Origin: a virus
Length of the DNA: 24,598 nucleotides
Virus genome (UHGV): UHGV-0258679
Direction: 5' to 3' (one strand)
The position numbers were made by a program, and so were the translations under genes. Every line of letters starts with the position of its first letter. Positions within the stretch are counted from its first letter, which is position 1. The notes under the pieces were generated by a model that worked only from the letters and a program-made list of their open reading frames with translations, ran no database searches and was not told the DNA's origin. Below are positions 6,861 to 16,590 of this stretch, piece after piece.

Positions 6861-9800
6861 TTAAGAAACAGAAATACCAGTAGCGGCTTTCTTAGTTACC
6901 ATTACCGTTAGATCGCTGATATATGCATTTGGGTTATAGTCGTTAACGCCCTTACAGTAAACTTCAAAAGTCATTGTTACTGCCCCGTGTCCGGCTGGCA
7001 TGTCAATAACTCCACTGTACATACAGCCAGAAGTTGCAGTGCGATCATATAGAACACCACCATTTTTCTTAACGATTAGTCGGCAAGTATCCCAAAGATC
7101 GCCACTACTGTTGCCACGACGTTCAGACCCGTTATGATGAATCGCTGGAATCACTATTTGGCGATCGAATGGATGATCATCTTCGACCCTTACAGTGATT
7201 GCACCATCAGGCCAGTTTGGTTGGCGATGTGGGAAACTCCTACCAACCACTTTCACGAAGTCACCACGCACCTGATTAGCATCAAGCATACCCAAAATGC
7301 GGCAACTTGAATTAATCGTTACGTTGTTCATTTCGCCGGAATCAGCCACCAAATGACCACGAATATTAGCGTGTCTAAAATGACAAGTGCCATCTTTGCC
7401 AATATACCATCCATCGTTACCATTCCAGTTATAAGACTGGATATAGTTACCGATTTTAGCATTATCGATAGAGCCATCAATAATATGTCCCGTTCCGATC
7501 TGTGCGTGTTGGATGTGAGCGCCGTTAATCTGGGCTGTGCCGATCTTAGCCGTGGTAATAGCCGCATCACTAATCTGGGCTGTGCCAATTGCAGCATTAC
7601 GAATCATCGCATTATCGAGATAAACTTTGTTATCTTCGATGCCAAACGGACAAACTTCTGATCCGTCTTGTGGAGCTACCGCGATTTTATCAGCCGTAAA
7701 GATGATTCTCGTCGGTTCTGCCGGATCATTGGTTGCGCTCATATGAATACCGGCCACGCGACCATCTGCATTAACCGCCAGATTATATTTGCTGTTAATG
7801 GTTCCCTTCAAAGCATCGATTTTTACATCTGCTTCCTGATTCACACCAGCAATCTTGCCATCCATTTCTACCCGAACTTGATCAATCTTACTTGCGCTTG
7901 CTGCCTCACTGGTAGCAATTGCTTGTTTCAGGGTAGTAGCAGATGCGCTAACTTCTTTGGTGATATCGCCTTTCAGTTCAGCTTTAACCTGATCAATCTT
8001 AGTTGCGCTGGCTTGCTCACTGGTAGCAATCAGACTCTTGAGAGTATCGGCTGAGGCTTGGACCGTCTGCCCTGTCTCGGTAGTAATCTGTTTATGCATT
8101 GCATCAATCTTAGCATCGGCATTAGCGCCAGCTTGAGCAATAGCATCCGCGATGGTTTCATCTAAGCGATCTTGTAAACCAATCAGGTCTTCCAGTGCTT
8201 CTTTGTCCTGATCGTCCCAGCTAATGGTAGATTTCATTTGCATGAAATACGGTTCAGACCAAACAGCATCATCCATACCGAAAATATCATAGTGAGCACC
8301 ACGGATATAATAATCACCGTCAGCCAAATCAAAGGAAGTATGACTAACGCTATTGGTAGTCACTGCCCTTGCATCGGAGAAAGTATTATCGGTTGCATAC
8401 TGGATGATTGACCCTGCATAGTCATGTTCTACGTCATCCGCCCAGCTAACAAACGCAGTATTAAAGCCACCACGCGCACTAAAACCTTTCATCGGCTTAT
8501 GTTGTGGGTTGATAGCCACTAAACGCGCTGGGGCGCTCTCTGAGTTGTTATAGCCCTTAACGGATACTTCTACCGTCAATTCACGGGAAAGGCCGTTAAA
8601 CTGGTTCATATCAAGCGTATAAGTCCATGATTCAGGATCGCGGGTACGGTACTGAATAGACTTACCAGCCTTGTTAGTTACCTTGATAATGTATGCTTCA
8701 AACAGGTCACTAAACTTGTTAGCTTCACCGTTGATCATCACATCTAATTGTTGCTGGTTATCCCATTCGATAATCAGATCGTTGCCTTCGAAAGTACCAG
8801 GTGAACTACCCTGATTTTTGATGCGGATCGCTGGCGTAGGCAGTTCATAGGTAACTTCTGGATTCTGGTTAACCAATTCCACCCATTCGGAACGAGCAAT
8901 AATACCGAAAGCACAAACGCGGTAATCGTAGGAACGATCTTTAGCCAGTGCATTGATATTGAAAATTTGCTGTGAAGTCTGTCCCAGCTTAATCCAGTTA
9001 GGTGATCCACTCACACGGTAATCAATCTGGAAACCGTAGCGGTTGAAATCTTCCGGTGCATCCCATGTCAAAGTTACGTTTTTACCGTGGATTGTCTCAC
9101 CAGTTGCCTTAATTCTGAAATTAGTCGGTTTCTGTACTGTCATTGAATCCGGTAAACCAGTAGGTCTATTGTCTGGATTCGCCGCATAGTTCAGGTCAGT
9201 ATAAACCTGAGAATTATATTCTGTGGCGGTGATAGTCATCATCCCAGCAATACCAGAATCAATAGAGCGATCAATTGCAGTAATACGCCAAAGTGAATTA
9301 TTCAGTTTTAATTCATCATAGGTTACGCTAATAACATCCCAAACTTCGGCAGTGAATGCGTCAGTAGTCATAAAGCTGATAACCTGAGTGATACGAGATT
9401 TATTTCGTTCTACACTCGCTAGTTTATCAATCTGGGCTTTAGACTTAACAAAACGATATTCAATATCTTTAGCGATAATTCGACCATCTTGACGAATAGT
9501 AGCATCGTTTTCAGCATCAGCCGGATAACGCAGCATTTGCTCTGAATAGTCGATTGATGGTTCTTGATACATCGCGTTAATGGTATTGAAATAACCGTTA
9601 GTGCCACCTGTTTTCAGTGATACTTTTCCCATCATGATATTGTCTTCATTGAAGGTATGCTTAACAATATCAGGAGCATCCAGTTTCAGGGTAATTCTTC
9701 CAAAGGATTCGAACATTACCCCGCCGAAAGTCTGCATAAGACTGGTCAAGTTCTCTTTAAAGCTGGCGTTCGGATCACATGCACCGTTGGAATGTAGGTC

Positions 9801-10610
9801 CATCTGGCGTACTTGTTTACGCACTTTCAGGAATGAATCAACGTTAATGTTTTCAATTGGTACGGATAAGCCATATTTTTCATTTGTTAGGTAGTGGAAA
9901 ATCTGATCCACGCCGTTAGTGCTAGCCTCAATAGCATTGGTTTCGAGGTTACGGATTTTTAAGCCCATAACATCGACTGCCACTTGGCTATTTGGTTGAA
10001 GGATATCAACACCAGCAGCCAAAGATTTATCGTCACGACGTAACACAATACACATGGTCGCAATGCCGTTACCCTGATACCGATCATCCCAATCTGCGCC
10101 CAAATGATGTTTAGCCAGATCCAATGCAGTGTTAGGATTTTTACCAGTGCGAAACTCGACTTCTAACACTTTGCGGTATTCGTCTTTAATGTTTCCTTTA
10201 TCGAGAATACCATCACGAATTGTCATATTCTGACTAATGAGAACATTTTTATTATCGATGTGTAGTGCTTTAAAATGATCAATCTCACCTTCGGAAATAG
10301 CAAAAATTTGTACCAGTTTGTTGTTTTCACGTTGTGAAATTGCTTTGTAAACGCAGATTGCACCCGTGCGGGTAGTACCGAAAAGAACGGGTAATACTGT
10401 CTTAGGATCGTTTGATGTTCCTAGTGTCACCGCATTATCTGGGCTTTGTACTTTCGGTGTTTTTGGTGCGCCTACAGTGGAAGCGATCAAGGTCATTGCA
10501 CCAGCAGCCATACCGATAGCGACTGCGGTCATAACAGAAAATGTTGCAGCAGCAGCCATCCCAGCAGACGCACCAGCAATAACCGCGCCTACTAATATTT
10601 CAAATCCCAT
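6861..10610 (-). CDS. tail tip / central fibre protein, 1249 aa: lambda gpI-like C-terminal segment fused to a gpJ-like host-specificity protein
   Basis: N-terminus (Gly/Ala-rich hydrophobic stretch then APKTPKV...VLPVLFG) resembles the C-terminal part of lambda gpI; FN3-like segment in the middle; C-terminal ...DDHPFDRQIV...DMPAG...VMVTKKAATGISVS aligns with the receptor-binding C-terminus of lambda J as I recall it. Confidence 0.8.
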   Translation of the reverse strand: MGFEILVGAVIAGASAGMAAAATFSVMTAVAIGMAAGAMTLIASTVGAPKTPKVQSPDNAVTLGTSNDPKTVLPVLFGTTRTGAICVYKAISQRENNKLVQIFAISEGEIDHFKALHIDNKNVLISQNMTIRDGILDKGNIKDEYRKVLEVEFRTGKNPNTALDLAKHHLGADWDDRYQGNGIATMCIVLRRDDKSLAAGVDILQPNSQVAVDVMGLKIRNLETNAIEASTNGVDQIFHYLTNEKYGLSVPIENINVDSFLKVRKQVRQMDLHSNGACDPNASFKENLTSLMQTFGGVMFESFGRITLKLDAPDIVKHTFNEDNIMMGKVSLKTGGTNGYFNTINAMYQEPSIDYSEQMLRYPADAENDATIRQDGRIIAKDIEYRFVKSKAQIDKLASVERNKSRITQVISFMTTDAFTAEVWDVISVTYDELKLNNSLWRITAIDRSIDSGIAGMMTITATEYNSQVYTDLNYAANPDNRPTGLPDSMTVQKPTNFRIKATGETIHGKNVTLTWDAPEDFNRYGFQIDYRVSGSPNWIKLGQTSQQIFNINALAKDRSYDYRVCAFGIIARSEWVELVNQNPEVTYELPTPAIRIKNQGSSPGTFEGNDLIIEWDNQQQLDVMINGEANKFSDLFEAYIIKVTNKAGKSIQYRTRDPESWTYTLDMNQFNGLSRELTVEVSVKGYNNSESAPARLVAINPQHKPMKGFSARGGFNTAFVSWADDVEHDYAGSIIQYATDNTFSDARAVTTNSVSHTSFDLADGDYYIRGAHYDIFGMDDAVWSEPYFMQMKSTISWDDQDKEALEDLIGLQDRLDETIADAIAQAGANADAKIDAMHKQITTETGQTVQASADTLKSLIATSEQASATKIDQVKAELKGDITKEVSASATTLKQAIATSEAASASKIDQVRVEMDGKIAGVNQEADVKIDALKGTINSKYNLAVNADGRVAGIHMSATNDPAEPTRIIFTADKIAVAPQDGSEVCPFGIEDNKVYLDNAMIRNAAIGTAQISDAAITTAKIGTAQINGAHIQHAQIGTGHIIDGSIDNAKIGNYIQSYNWNGNDGWYIGKDGTCHFRHANIRGHLVADSGEMNNVTINSSCRILGMLDANQVRGDFVKVVGRSFPHRQPNWPDGAITVRVEDDHPFDRQIVIPAIHHNGSERRGNSSGDLWDTCRLIVKKNGGVLYDRTATSGCMYSGVIDMPAGHGAVTMTFEVYCKGVNDYNPNAYISDLTVMVTKKAATGISVS

Positions 10611-11029
10611 TATTCACCCCCGAATCTATAAACTTGTTCATAGTCAATGTCTGAAACAGGAATGGTCATCCAGATACCATCTTCTTCAACGAGGCCATAA
10701 CCGGAATAATGAGGAACTACGGAATAATATTTGCGGTTTCCTAATTTGTGGGCTGTGACCAGTAAGTCGCCGTCCTGTAAATCATCAGTGACTAATTTGA
10801 AATGTTTCTTAATTGGTTGAAGGATATTTGAATACCCGCTTAATTCTTTGCAGATTTTCAAGCCTTCTTCTTTAGTTGAATATTTTTTATAAAGAGAATT
10901 ATATAGGTCAGTACCAGCGAGAATATCGATGATCTTACATGCAATTAGATTGCAATCATTCTCGCCTTGAACGAACTCCTGACCTATTAAAGAATTGATG
11001 TAATCGGTGATAAGCCTAGTTTTTAGCAT
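10610..11029 (-). CDS. minor tail protein, NlpC/P60-like (lambda gpK C-terminal-domain-like)
   Basis: Start chosen at MLKTRL, preceded by GGAGG; GENDCNLIACK resembles the NlpC/P60 catalytic-Cys region; stop overlaps the start of the J-like gene. Confidence 0.45.
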   Translation of the reverse strand: MLKTRLITDYINSLIGQEFVQGENDCNLIACKIIDILAGTDLYNSLYKKYSTKEEGLKICKELSGYSNILQPIKKHFKLVTDDLQDGDLLVTAHKLGNRKYYSVVPHYSGYGLVEEDGIWMTIPVSDIDYEQVYRFGGE

Positions 11030-11075
11030 GTTGAATACCTCCATGCTGTTATTTACTAGGCTTAAGGAGAAGGGA

Positions 11076-11729
11076 TTATTTCTTCGATGAATGCCACTTG
11101 CTTTCGCTATTCCACTTCCCGGCACGGGAGAAGAATAGATCGTTCTCGTTTCCAACATAGGATCGGTGGATACCATCGGAGGCATGACTTCGAGCGTTTT
11201 TATCTAGAACTTCCCAGATACTATTAAGCTGAAATTCTGATTCGTTTTTACACTCATCATCTTCATGTTCGATGTTAATCCCGATGGAATCGACTACCCC
11301 ACGGAAAACAGGGTAAGTGGTTTCAACCTTGCCCGTGTTAGGGTTCAGGAACACCATTTCGATTTTCACATCTGATTTATCGAATTGCTTGTTTCGAATC
11401 AGGGTAATGTATTCCTCGCGAACGTTAGAAACGGTTACGTTAATCCCGTTGTTGTTGATCTCCTTCTCTTCGGTATTCGATGAGATTTGAAGAAAGTCAC
11501 CCGTTGCGAGATATGTAAATCCATTATAGTCCAAATCGAAATACCCATCTGTAAGCCGTAGAACGTCCCCTGACGCGGTAATCACTTCGATAATGTGAAA
11601 CATCGATCCAGTGGAAAAAAGCTGCGGTAGCGTCAATCTAGACACATTCTGACCTGTCTGGTCGTTGTATACCTCGATGAAGTCCAGATTAGTGCATAGT
11701 TTGCTGAATGATTCCTGAATAGTTGCCAT
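11076..11729 (-). CDS. minor tail protein (gpL-like by position), 217 aa
   Basis: Synteny between the tape measure and the K/J-like genes; start overlaps the upstream stop; no motif recognised with confidence. Confidence 0.4.
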   Translation of the reverse strand: MATIQESFSKLCTNLDFIEVYNDQTGQNVSRLTLPQLFSTGSMFHIIEVITASGDVLRLTDGYFDLDYNGFTYLATGDFLQISSNTEEKEINNNGINVTVSNVREEYITLIRNKQFDKSDVKIEMVFLNPNTGKVETTYPVFRGVVDSIGINIEHEDDECKNESEFQLNSIWEVLDKNARSHASDGIHRSYVGNENDLFFSRAGKWNSESKWHSSKK

Positions 11730-12289
11730 TATACATTCTCCACTAATTCAAATTTCATCTTGCCGATCTGGGCGATCTTCCAATCGATATTTTCAGTTTT
11801 GAGAACAAATTCGCCTTCTACGTTCTGATACTTGATCACCTCACCAGCCAGGACGTTTTGACGCAAGTTAGGGAAGAGTTTCATTTCACCACCTGATTTC
11901 ACGTCTTCGGTGATCGTGTAGATTTTCTTGTGGTTCTCAAACTGGATGATAGTTCCCGCTTTCAGTGTTCCGGTGAAGTTGGATAGTCTTACCTTACGCC
12001 CACCGCGAGCAGTACCAGCAGCAGCCGTAACCATCTGGCGTACATCACCTGTATATTTTGAAAAGTAAGACAGTGGCACACTAAAAGGACGACCAAAAAG
12101 GTGACGTGCTACAAATTCTTTTACTTCGTTAATATCCTGAGCCATGAAATTAGCTGTAAATTCTGCTTCATAAAAATGAATACCAGTAAAGCGACGCTGG
12201 AACTTACCAGAAATAGATTGCGCCTTGAAGAAAGGCTGTTTTGATTTAAGAGTAAAATCTGTGATTTTAATATTCTTGGATTTGAACAT
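11729..12289 (-). CDS. minor tail / distal tail protein (gpM-like by position), 186 aa
   Basis: Lies immediately downstream of the tape measure gene in the tail module. Confidence 0.4.
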   Translation of the reverse strand: MFKSKNIKITDFTLKSKQPFFKAQSISGKFQRRFTGIHFYEAEFTANFMAQDINEVKEFVARHLFGRPFSVPLSYFSKYTGDVRQMVTAAAGTARGGRKVRLSNFTGTLKAGTIIQFENHKKIYTITEDVKSGGEMKLFPNLRQNVLAGEVIKYQNVEGEFVLKTENIDWKIAQIGKMKFELVENV

Positions 12290-12339
12290 AGAAAAGCCCC
12301 CATAGTTTTATGATTATTTATGACTATGGGGGCTTTTAA

Positions 12340-14682
12340 TTACATCTTACGGCGCTGTGCGTCTTCTACCGCCTGAGCAACTAACTTAGCGTGACGTTTG
12401 ATAGCATCCATGACCATCTTGTCTGAGCTATTAACGTTGCCGTTAATGTTCAAAGGCGCATTAACTTCAATCGGCTGAGAGTTACCACCGCCTGATTTTT
12501 GAGCAGCAAGGAAGTCTTTCAAATCGCCGTTAGTACGCTGATCAACTACTCGTTCACCCTTATCAAGCAACCATGTACCCTCACGCGGGATGTTATCGAT
12601 ACCATCATGAGCCATACCGCTAACATTAGTAGACTTGATGTTTGCAATGTTCCCCATGTTCTGAGAAACAGCCAATGCAGCAGCAGCGATCTTTTGTCCT
12701 GTGGTGACGTTGGTCGGATCGTTCCATGCATCGGTAGCAGCCGTCCACATGTTCACCGTCGCTTGTCCAATGGAGAATGCCTTATGAGCATTGAAAGCCA
12801 TCTGCATAGCCTTTGTGTTTTCTTGCCCGAAGAGAGTCATTGCAGCAGCAAAACCGCCATACATATCATCGGCTATTGACTGGCGAGCATCAGCATATTT
12901 CTTCTCAATTGCAGCCATTCGTTTTTGATGGTTTTCATTGAGTTTTTCTAATGCTTCCATCCGTTTAGCCGGATCGGTGATCCCATCAATCTTGAGTTTA
13001 TCGGTTTTATAATCTTGTTCCGCTTCCGATTTCTCTTTATCGATTGCATTAAATTTAGCAAACGGGTTATTTGAGTCTTGATAATCAAATCCACTGGTTA
13101 ATTGATTGGATTTAAAACCATCCATTCCCTGTAAATGACTATCAATCTGAGAATAGTTTTGCTCGGTATCATTCACACGACGCATATATTCTTCGTAGGA
13201 GATAGCTTTACCATCAAGTAACCGTTTATGGCTTTCTAACTCGTTGTCCCTGATTTGTTGCAAAACTGTTAAGGCATTCAAAGCATCAACCGGATCAGCA
13301 CCCAGCATCATTTTATAGATGTTTTCTGCGTTCTGGTCTAACAGTTGCTGACGTTTAGCGGCTGCGTCTTGCTGTGAGATTAAGCCCAGATCTAAAGCAG
13401 TGTCCAAATCTTTCAAGCTGGCTTCTAACTGCTTGTTTTGAGAAGCAATAGACGCGGCTGTCTGACCGTGCAATCTAACATCAAGAGCATTCAGCTTTTT
13501 AATTGCATCTTCACGCTGTTTCTGTGCTTTTTCTGCGGCCTTCCTTGCTTCTTCTGCCGCTTTTTCTGCTTCTTCTTGTTCTTTTTTTGTTGGTCCAGTG
13601 ACGCCTCCACCTTGACCCGTTGGGGTAAATCCGGTATCCGATTTATTTCCAGTGATAGTAATTACCGGATCGCCGTTTTTATCACGGGTAACTCCGTCTT
13701 TATCCACCCAACGATCAGGATAATTTGGTTTATTGTTGAAGCTGGCTTGTCCACCTGCTAGACCAGTAGAACTATAACCATGCTTGTTAATAAAACCACC
13801 GTTAGCCATAGCCATATTCTGGCGAGCTTTTTCAAACCTTTCATTAAAAGTCTTTAATGCGTTAAATAAAGCGGTCTTTTCCCAATCTTTATCAAACCAG
13901 TTGTATAACTTGTTCATCCCTTCAACAACTGGATTTAGCGCATTTGCAGCCATACCCTTTAAGTTATCGGTAAGGGTATCCATATTTTTAGAGAATTTAT
14001 TATATTCTTCGGCTGTATCATTGGTGATTTTAACAGTTTGCTGATTAATGGCGTTTACAGCTTCCTGATAAGATCCGTATTTCTGCAATTCATCAGCCAT
14101 ATGACTTGAATCACTGGCTAACGATTCCATCATAAACTTAACATCAGCGATAGACGCACCAGCCTTGCGCATATCATAGAAGACCTTGATCGCCGCTTTC
14201 ATCCCGCCTTGTGGATCGTTCATAAACTCGGCATAATCTTTAATCTTCAAACCTACACTTTCTAGGTCATCTTCAATACCGCCACCATTACGCCACGCAT
14301 CAGCCAGTTTATCTAAGGTGTCTTTGTTAATATCACCAAATTTCTCAACGGTTAAGCCAGTACCGGAGAATTGCTTCTCTAATTTCTGGAGTGTTTCGAC
14401 GGTTAAACCAGTTGCTTTTGAAACTTCGCTGTATTCCTTTACATAATCACCGATGGCATTTGCAGCAGAGACAGCACCAGCAGCCAGACCAACAAAACCA
14501 CCAGCAGCCAAAGCAAGCGATCCACCAGTTCCGCGAAGGGTTCCACTTAAACTAGATAAACCACCAGACAAATCAAGATTCATTGCCCTTTCTGAAAGGT
14601 TATCAAGCATGTCAATCGCTTGGTTGGTACTTCTCCTTAGACCGTCATTATTCCCTTCTATTGTTACTATATGTCTTGTCAT
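12340..14682 (-). CDS. tail tape measure protein, 780 aa
   Basis: Position after the chaperone pair; Gly/Ala-rich hydrophobic segment (LALAAGGFVGLAAGAVSAANAIG), long helical/coiled-coil regions and an EEAEKAAEEARKAAEKAQKQRE stretch typical of tape measure proteins. Confidence 0.8.
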   Translation of the reverse strand: MTRHIVTIEGNNDGLRRSTNQAIDMLDNLSERAMNLDLSGGLSSLSGTLRGTGGSLALAAGGFVGLAAGAVSAANAIGDYVKEYSEVSKATGLTVETLQKLEKQFSGTGLTVEKFGDINKDTLDKLADAWRNGGGIEDDLESVGLKIKDYAEFMNDPQGGMKAAIKVFYDMRKAGASIADVKFMMESLASDSSHMADELQKYGSYQEAVNAINQQTVKITNDTAEEYNKFSKNMDTLTDNLKGMAANALNPVVEGMNKLYNWFDKDWEKTALFNALKTFNERFEKARQNMAMANGGFINKHGYSSTGLAGGQASFNNKPNYPDRWVDKDGVTRDKNGDPVITITGNKSDTGFTPTGQGGGVTGPTKKEQEEAEKAAEEARKAAEKAQKQREDAIKKLNALDVRLHGQTAASIASQNKQLEASLKDLDTALDLGLISQQDAAAKRQQLLDQNAENIYKMMLGADPVDALNALTVLQQIRDNELESHKRLLDGKAISYEEYMRRVNDTEQNYSQIDSHLQGMDGFKSNQLTSGFDYQDSNNPFAKFNAIDKEKSEAEQDYKTDKLKIDGITDPAKRMEALEKLNENHQKRMAAIEKKYADARQSIADDMYGGFAAAMTLFGQENTKAMQMAFNAHKAFSIGQATVNMWTAATDAWNDPTNVTTGQKIAAAALAVSQNMGNIANIKSTNVSGMAHDGIDNIPREGTWLLDKGERVVDQRTNGDLKDFLAAQKSGGGNSQPIEVNAPLNINGNVNSSDKMVMDAIKRHAKLVAQAVEDAQRRKM

Positions 14683-14693
14683 AAATTACCCCT

Positions 14694-15035
14694 TTAACCG
14701 CTTCTGAGTTTCTCAAGCAAAGATGGATCGAACATGCTCAATGTTGCAGCTTTACGTTCTTCTTCTTTCTTGCGTGCAAGTTCTTCCAGTTCTTCTTTAG
14801 TTTTAAAGAGTTTTTCTTCTCTAATTAATTGGAATTGGCTAGGCTTGAGTTTACGTGCAGTTTCGCGTGTCATTCCTTGTGACGTCATATACATGGAATA
14901 TTGCAACATCGCATTCTGCATATCATGAAACGCGGGGCTTTGTGGTTCTAAGTAGGTGTCGAAAATGTATAATTTCCAAAACAGAGTGATTGGCATATTA
15001 TCCATTTCATCTTTACTAAGCCCCGATCTCATCAT
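14694..15035 (-). CDS. tail assembly chaperone, T-frame segment (probable G-T frameshift product)
   Basis: ORF in the -1 frame relative to the upstream G-like ORF; the -1 frame is open across the last 5 codons of G; E/K-rich C-terminus. Confidence 0.5.
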   Translation of the reverse strand: MMRSGLSKDEMDNMPITLFWKLYIFDTYLEPQSPAFHDMQNAMLQYSMYMTSQGMTRETARKLKPSQFQLIREEKLFKTKEELEELARKKEEERKAATLSMFDPSLLEKLRSG

Positions 15036-15064
15036 TTGCCGGAAATAGAAATTCAGAAGCGGGT

Positions 15065-15373
15065 TTACTTTACCTCGTTTTCAATTACTGCCGGATCTTG
15101 CATCAATGACGCTTGAGCAACCAAACCGATTAATTCACTTCGAACGTTAGTATACAGTGCCTTAACTTGTTCCATAGATTCAAATACTGGTTTACCGTCT
15201 TCATCTTCAATACAACGAAGAATCGAACGTTCATCACGGTCTTCTTTATCAGTATTAAAAACATGTTCGTTAAATTCTTTTACTGACATAGGGCGAGCAT
15301 AGAAAGTGAATCCACCGATGGTCAGAGATTCGCGTTTCGGAGAGAGTGCGGCTAACATTTCATTAATATTCAT
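15065..15373 (-). CDS. tail assembly chaperone (gpG-like), 102 aa
   Basis: Small acidic ORF between the major tail gene and the tape measure, the conserved chaperone position. Confidence 0.55.
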   Translation of the reverse strand: MNINEMLAALSPKRESLTIGGFTFYARPMSVKEFNEHVFNTDKEDRDERSILRCIEDEDGKPVFESMEQVKALYTNVRSELIGLVAQASLMQDPAVIENEVK

Positions 15374-15416
15374 TCTTGTTTCCTCTTAAGTTAATTAGAT
15401 ATGTTTATTTAGAATT

Positions 15417-15445
15417 GGAAACAAAAAAGCCACCCCGAAGGATGG
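15417..15445 (-). terminator. rho-independent terminator after the major tail gene (stem GCCACCC/GGATGGC with one G-U pair, TTCG loop, then TTTTTT)
   Basis: Seen directly in the sequence on the minus strand. Confidence 0.6.
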
Positions 15446-15455
15446 CTAGAGAATA

Positions 15456-15926
15456 TTAGACTTTCTGGAAAACAGCTTGTTTAACCGGAGCACCATCTAC
15501 TACAAAGGTGAAAGAACGACCTACTACAGCATCTTCACCGCCCGTCATGGTAGTTTTAGACAGGAAGCCGTTATAAGCGATGTGCACACCAGATTTTTTC
15601 GTAGCGTCGATGTAGTAAGCAATTTTAAGCTGTACGCGCTTACCGTCTTCGGTTGCTTTAATCAGTTTTTCGTGTACTTCGTTACCCGGCATGTAGTTGA
15701 TCGAAAGTTCGATATCCGGTACAGACATACGACCAACCAGCTTACGGTTATAAGCACCAGAGAAGTTAGGAACATCGATCGTAGAACGTTCTACACCAGT
15801 TTCAGGGAAAGCCGCACATTCTGGAATTTCCAGATAGCTTTCACTGTCAAGATCGGTGTTAGTTACTTCTTCATGCAGAAACAGACCAACGAGGCCACCA
15901 GAAAAAATATCAAATTTAGTAGTCAT
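15456..15926 (-). CDS. major tail (tube) protein, lambda gpV N-domain-like, 156 aa
   Basis: Position immediately upstream of the G/T chaperones; RBS AAGGAAAAG; segment ...INYMPGNEVHEKLIKATEDGKRVQLKIAYYIDAT... resembles the lambda V N-domain as recalled; strong terminator downstream. Confidence 0.6.
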   Translation of the reverse strand: MTTKFDIFSGGLVGLFLHEEVTNTDLDSESYLEIPECAAFPETGVERSTIDVPNFSGAYNRKLVGRMSVPDIELSINYMPGNEVHEKLIKATEDGKRVQLKIAYYIDATKKSGVHIAYNGFLSKTTMTGGEDAVVGRSFTFVVDGAPVKQAVFQKV

Positions 15927-15980
15927 TATTCTTTTCCTTCTATTTTAAACAATAGGGTACATACCCGTAATTCTATTTAT

Positions 15981-16283
15981 TTAGCGGTTGCTCAAGCGTC
16001 TATAACGAAGATGAGCGATCCCCCTATTTGTGCTAACTGTAATTACTGCTCCTTGCGGTGCAATACAAGAATGGATCTGTCCCCAATCATGACCCTTATG
16101 GCTTCCAGAAACACAAAAACCATGAATAAACAATTCAGAGTCACCGCCGCCACCACCGGAAGAATGAGCACAGAATGAAATAGTCCCGAAAGCGTCGGCT
16201 GTCCAACCGTTAGGAATATCAAACCATCCTTGATTTGCTTTACCCGCCCTATTCCCCAAAGCGCCATCTACCCAAAATGCCAT
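15981..16283 (-). CDS. glycine-rich small protein, paralogue 3 of a tandem triplet (100 aa)
   Basis: Shares M-x-x-W...(W/Y)FDIPNGW...G-rich...V(S/T) with the two upstream ORFs; its ATG overlaps the upstream stop by 1 nt (TAATG). Confidence 0.55.
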   Translation of the reverse strand: MAFWVDGALGNRAGKANQGWFDIPNGWTADAFGTISFCAHSSGGGGGDSELFIHGFCVSGSHKGHDWGQIHSCIAPQGAVITVSTNRGIAHLRYRRLSNR

Positions 16284-16588
16284 TAGTGCATTCTCCTGAA
16301 TTTGAAATAATGCAAACTACCTTTACCCAATGTAAAGCTAACGGTAGCACCAGCGCCAACTAAAGAACTAGCGCCCCAACTCCCAGCATCACCAGCATGA
16401 TGGCCTGATTCAATCAATCCATTTACAGCCAATTCAGAATCAAGATCACCAGCACCGTTAATGGCTTCCATATGAGCAAAAACAATTCCGCATGAATCAG
16501 TAACCCAGCCGTTGGGGATATCAAAATATCCACCATTAGCCCAAATACTAATAGCGTTTGACATTCTTTGATTTATCCATCCAGCCAT
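16283..16588 (-). CDS. glycine-rich small protein, paralogue 2 of a tandem triplet (101 aa)
   Basis: Contains YFDIPNGW and ends ...YFKFRRMH; start lies 2 nt after the upstream stop. Confidence 0.55.
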   Translation of the reverse strand: MAGWINQRMSNAISIWANGGYFDIPNGWVTDSCGIVFAHMEAINGAGDLDSELAVNGLIESGHHAGDAGSWGASSLVGAGATVSFTLGKGSLHYFKFRRMH

Positions 16589-16590
16589 AA

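Noticed and set aside
7328-8054. Several ORFs of 89-128 aa on both strands inside the J-like gene
   Set aside because: Embedded in the 1249-aa ORF, which has clear J-like homology at both ends; alternative-frame artefacts.
10610-11185. Long N-terminal extension of the K-like ORF as given in the ORF track (191 aa)
   Set aside because: The extension overlaps the upstream L-like gene by more than 100 nt and lacks an RBS; the internal ATG at 11029 has a GGAGG SD.
12499-14044. Plus-strand ORFs of 86-126 aa within the tape measure region
   Set aside because: Antisense to a continuous 780-aa ORF with typical tape measure features.
15477-16178. 233-aa plus-strand ORF
   Set aside because: Antisense to the major tail gene and paralogue 3, which both have RBSs, coupling and a terminator; taken as a shadow ORF.
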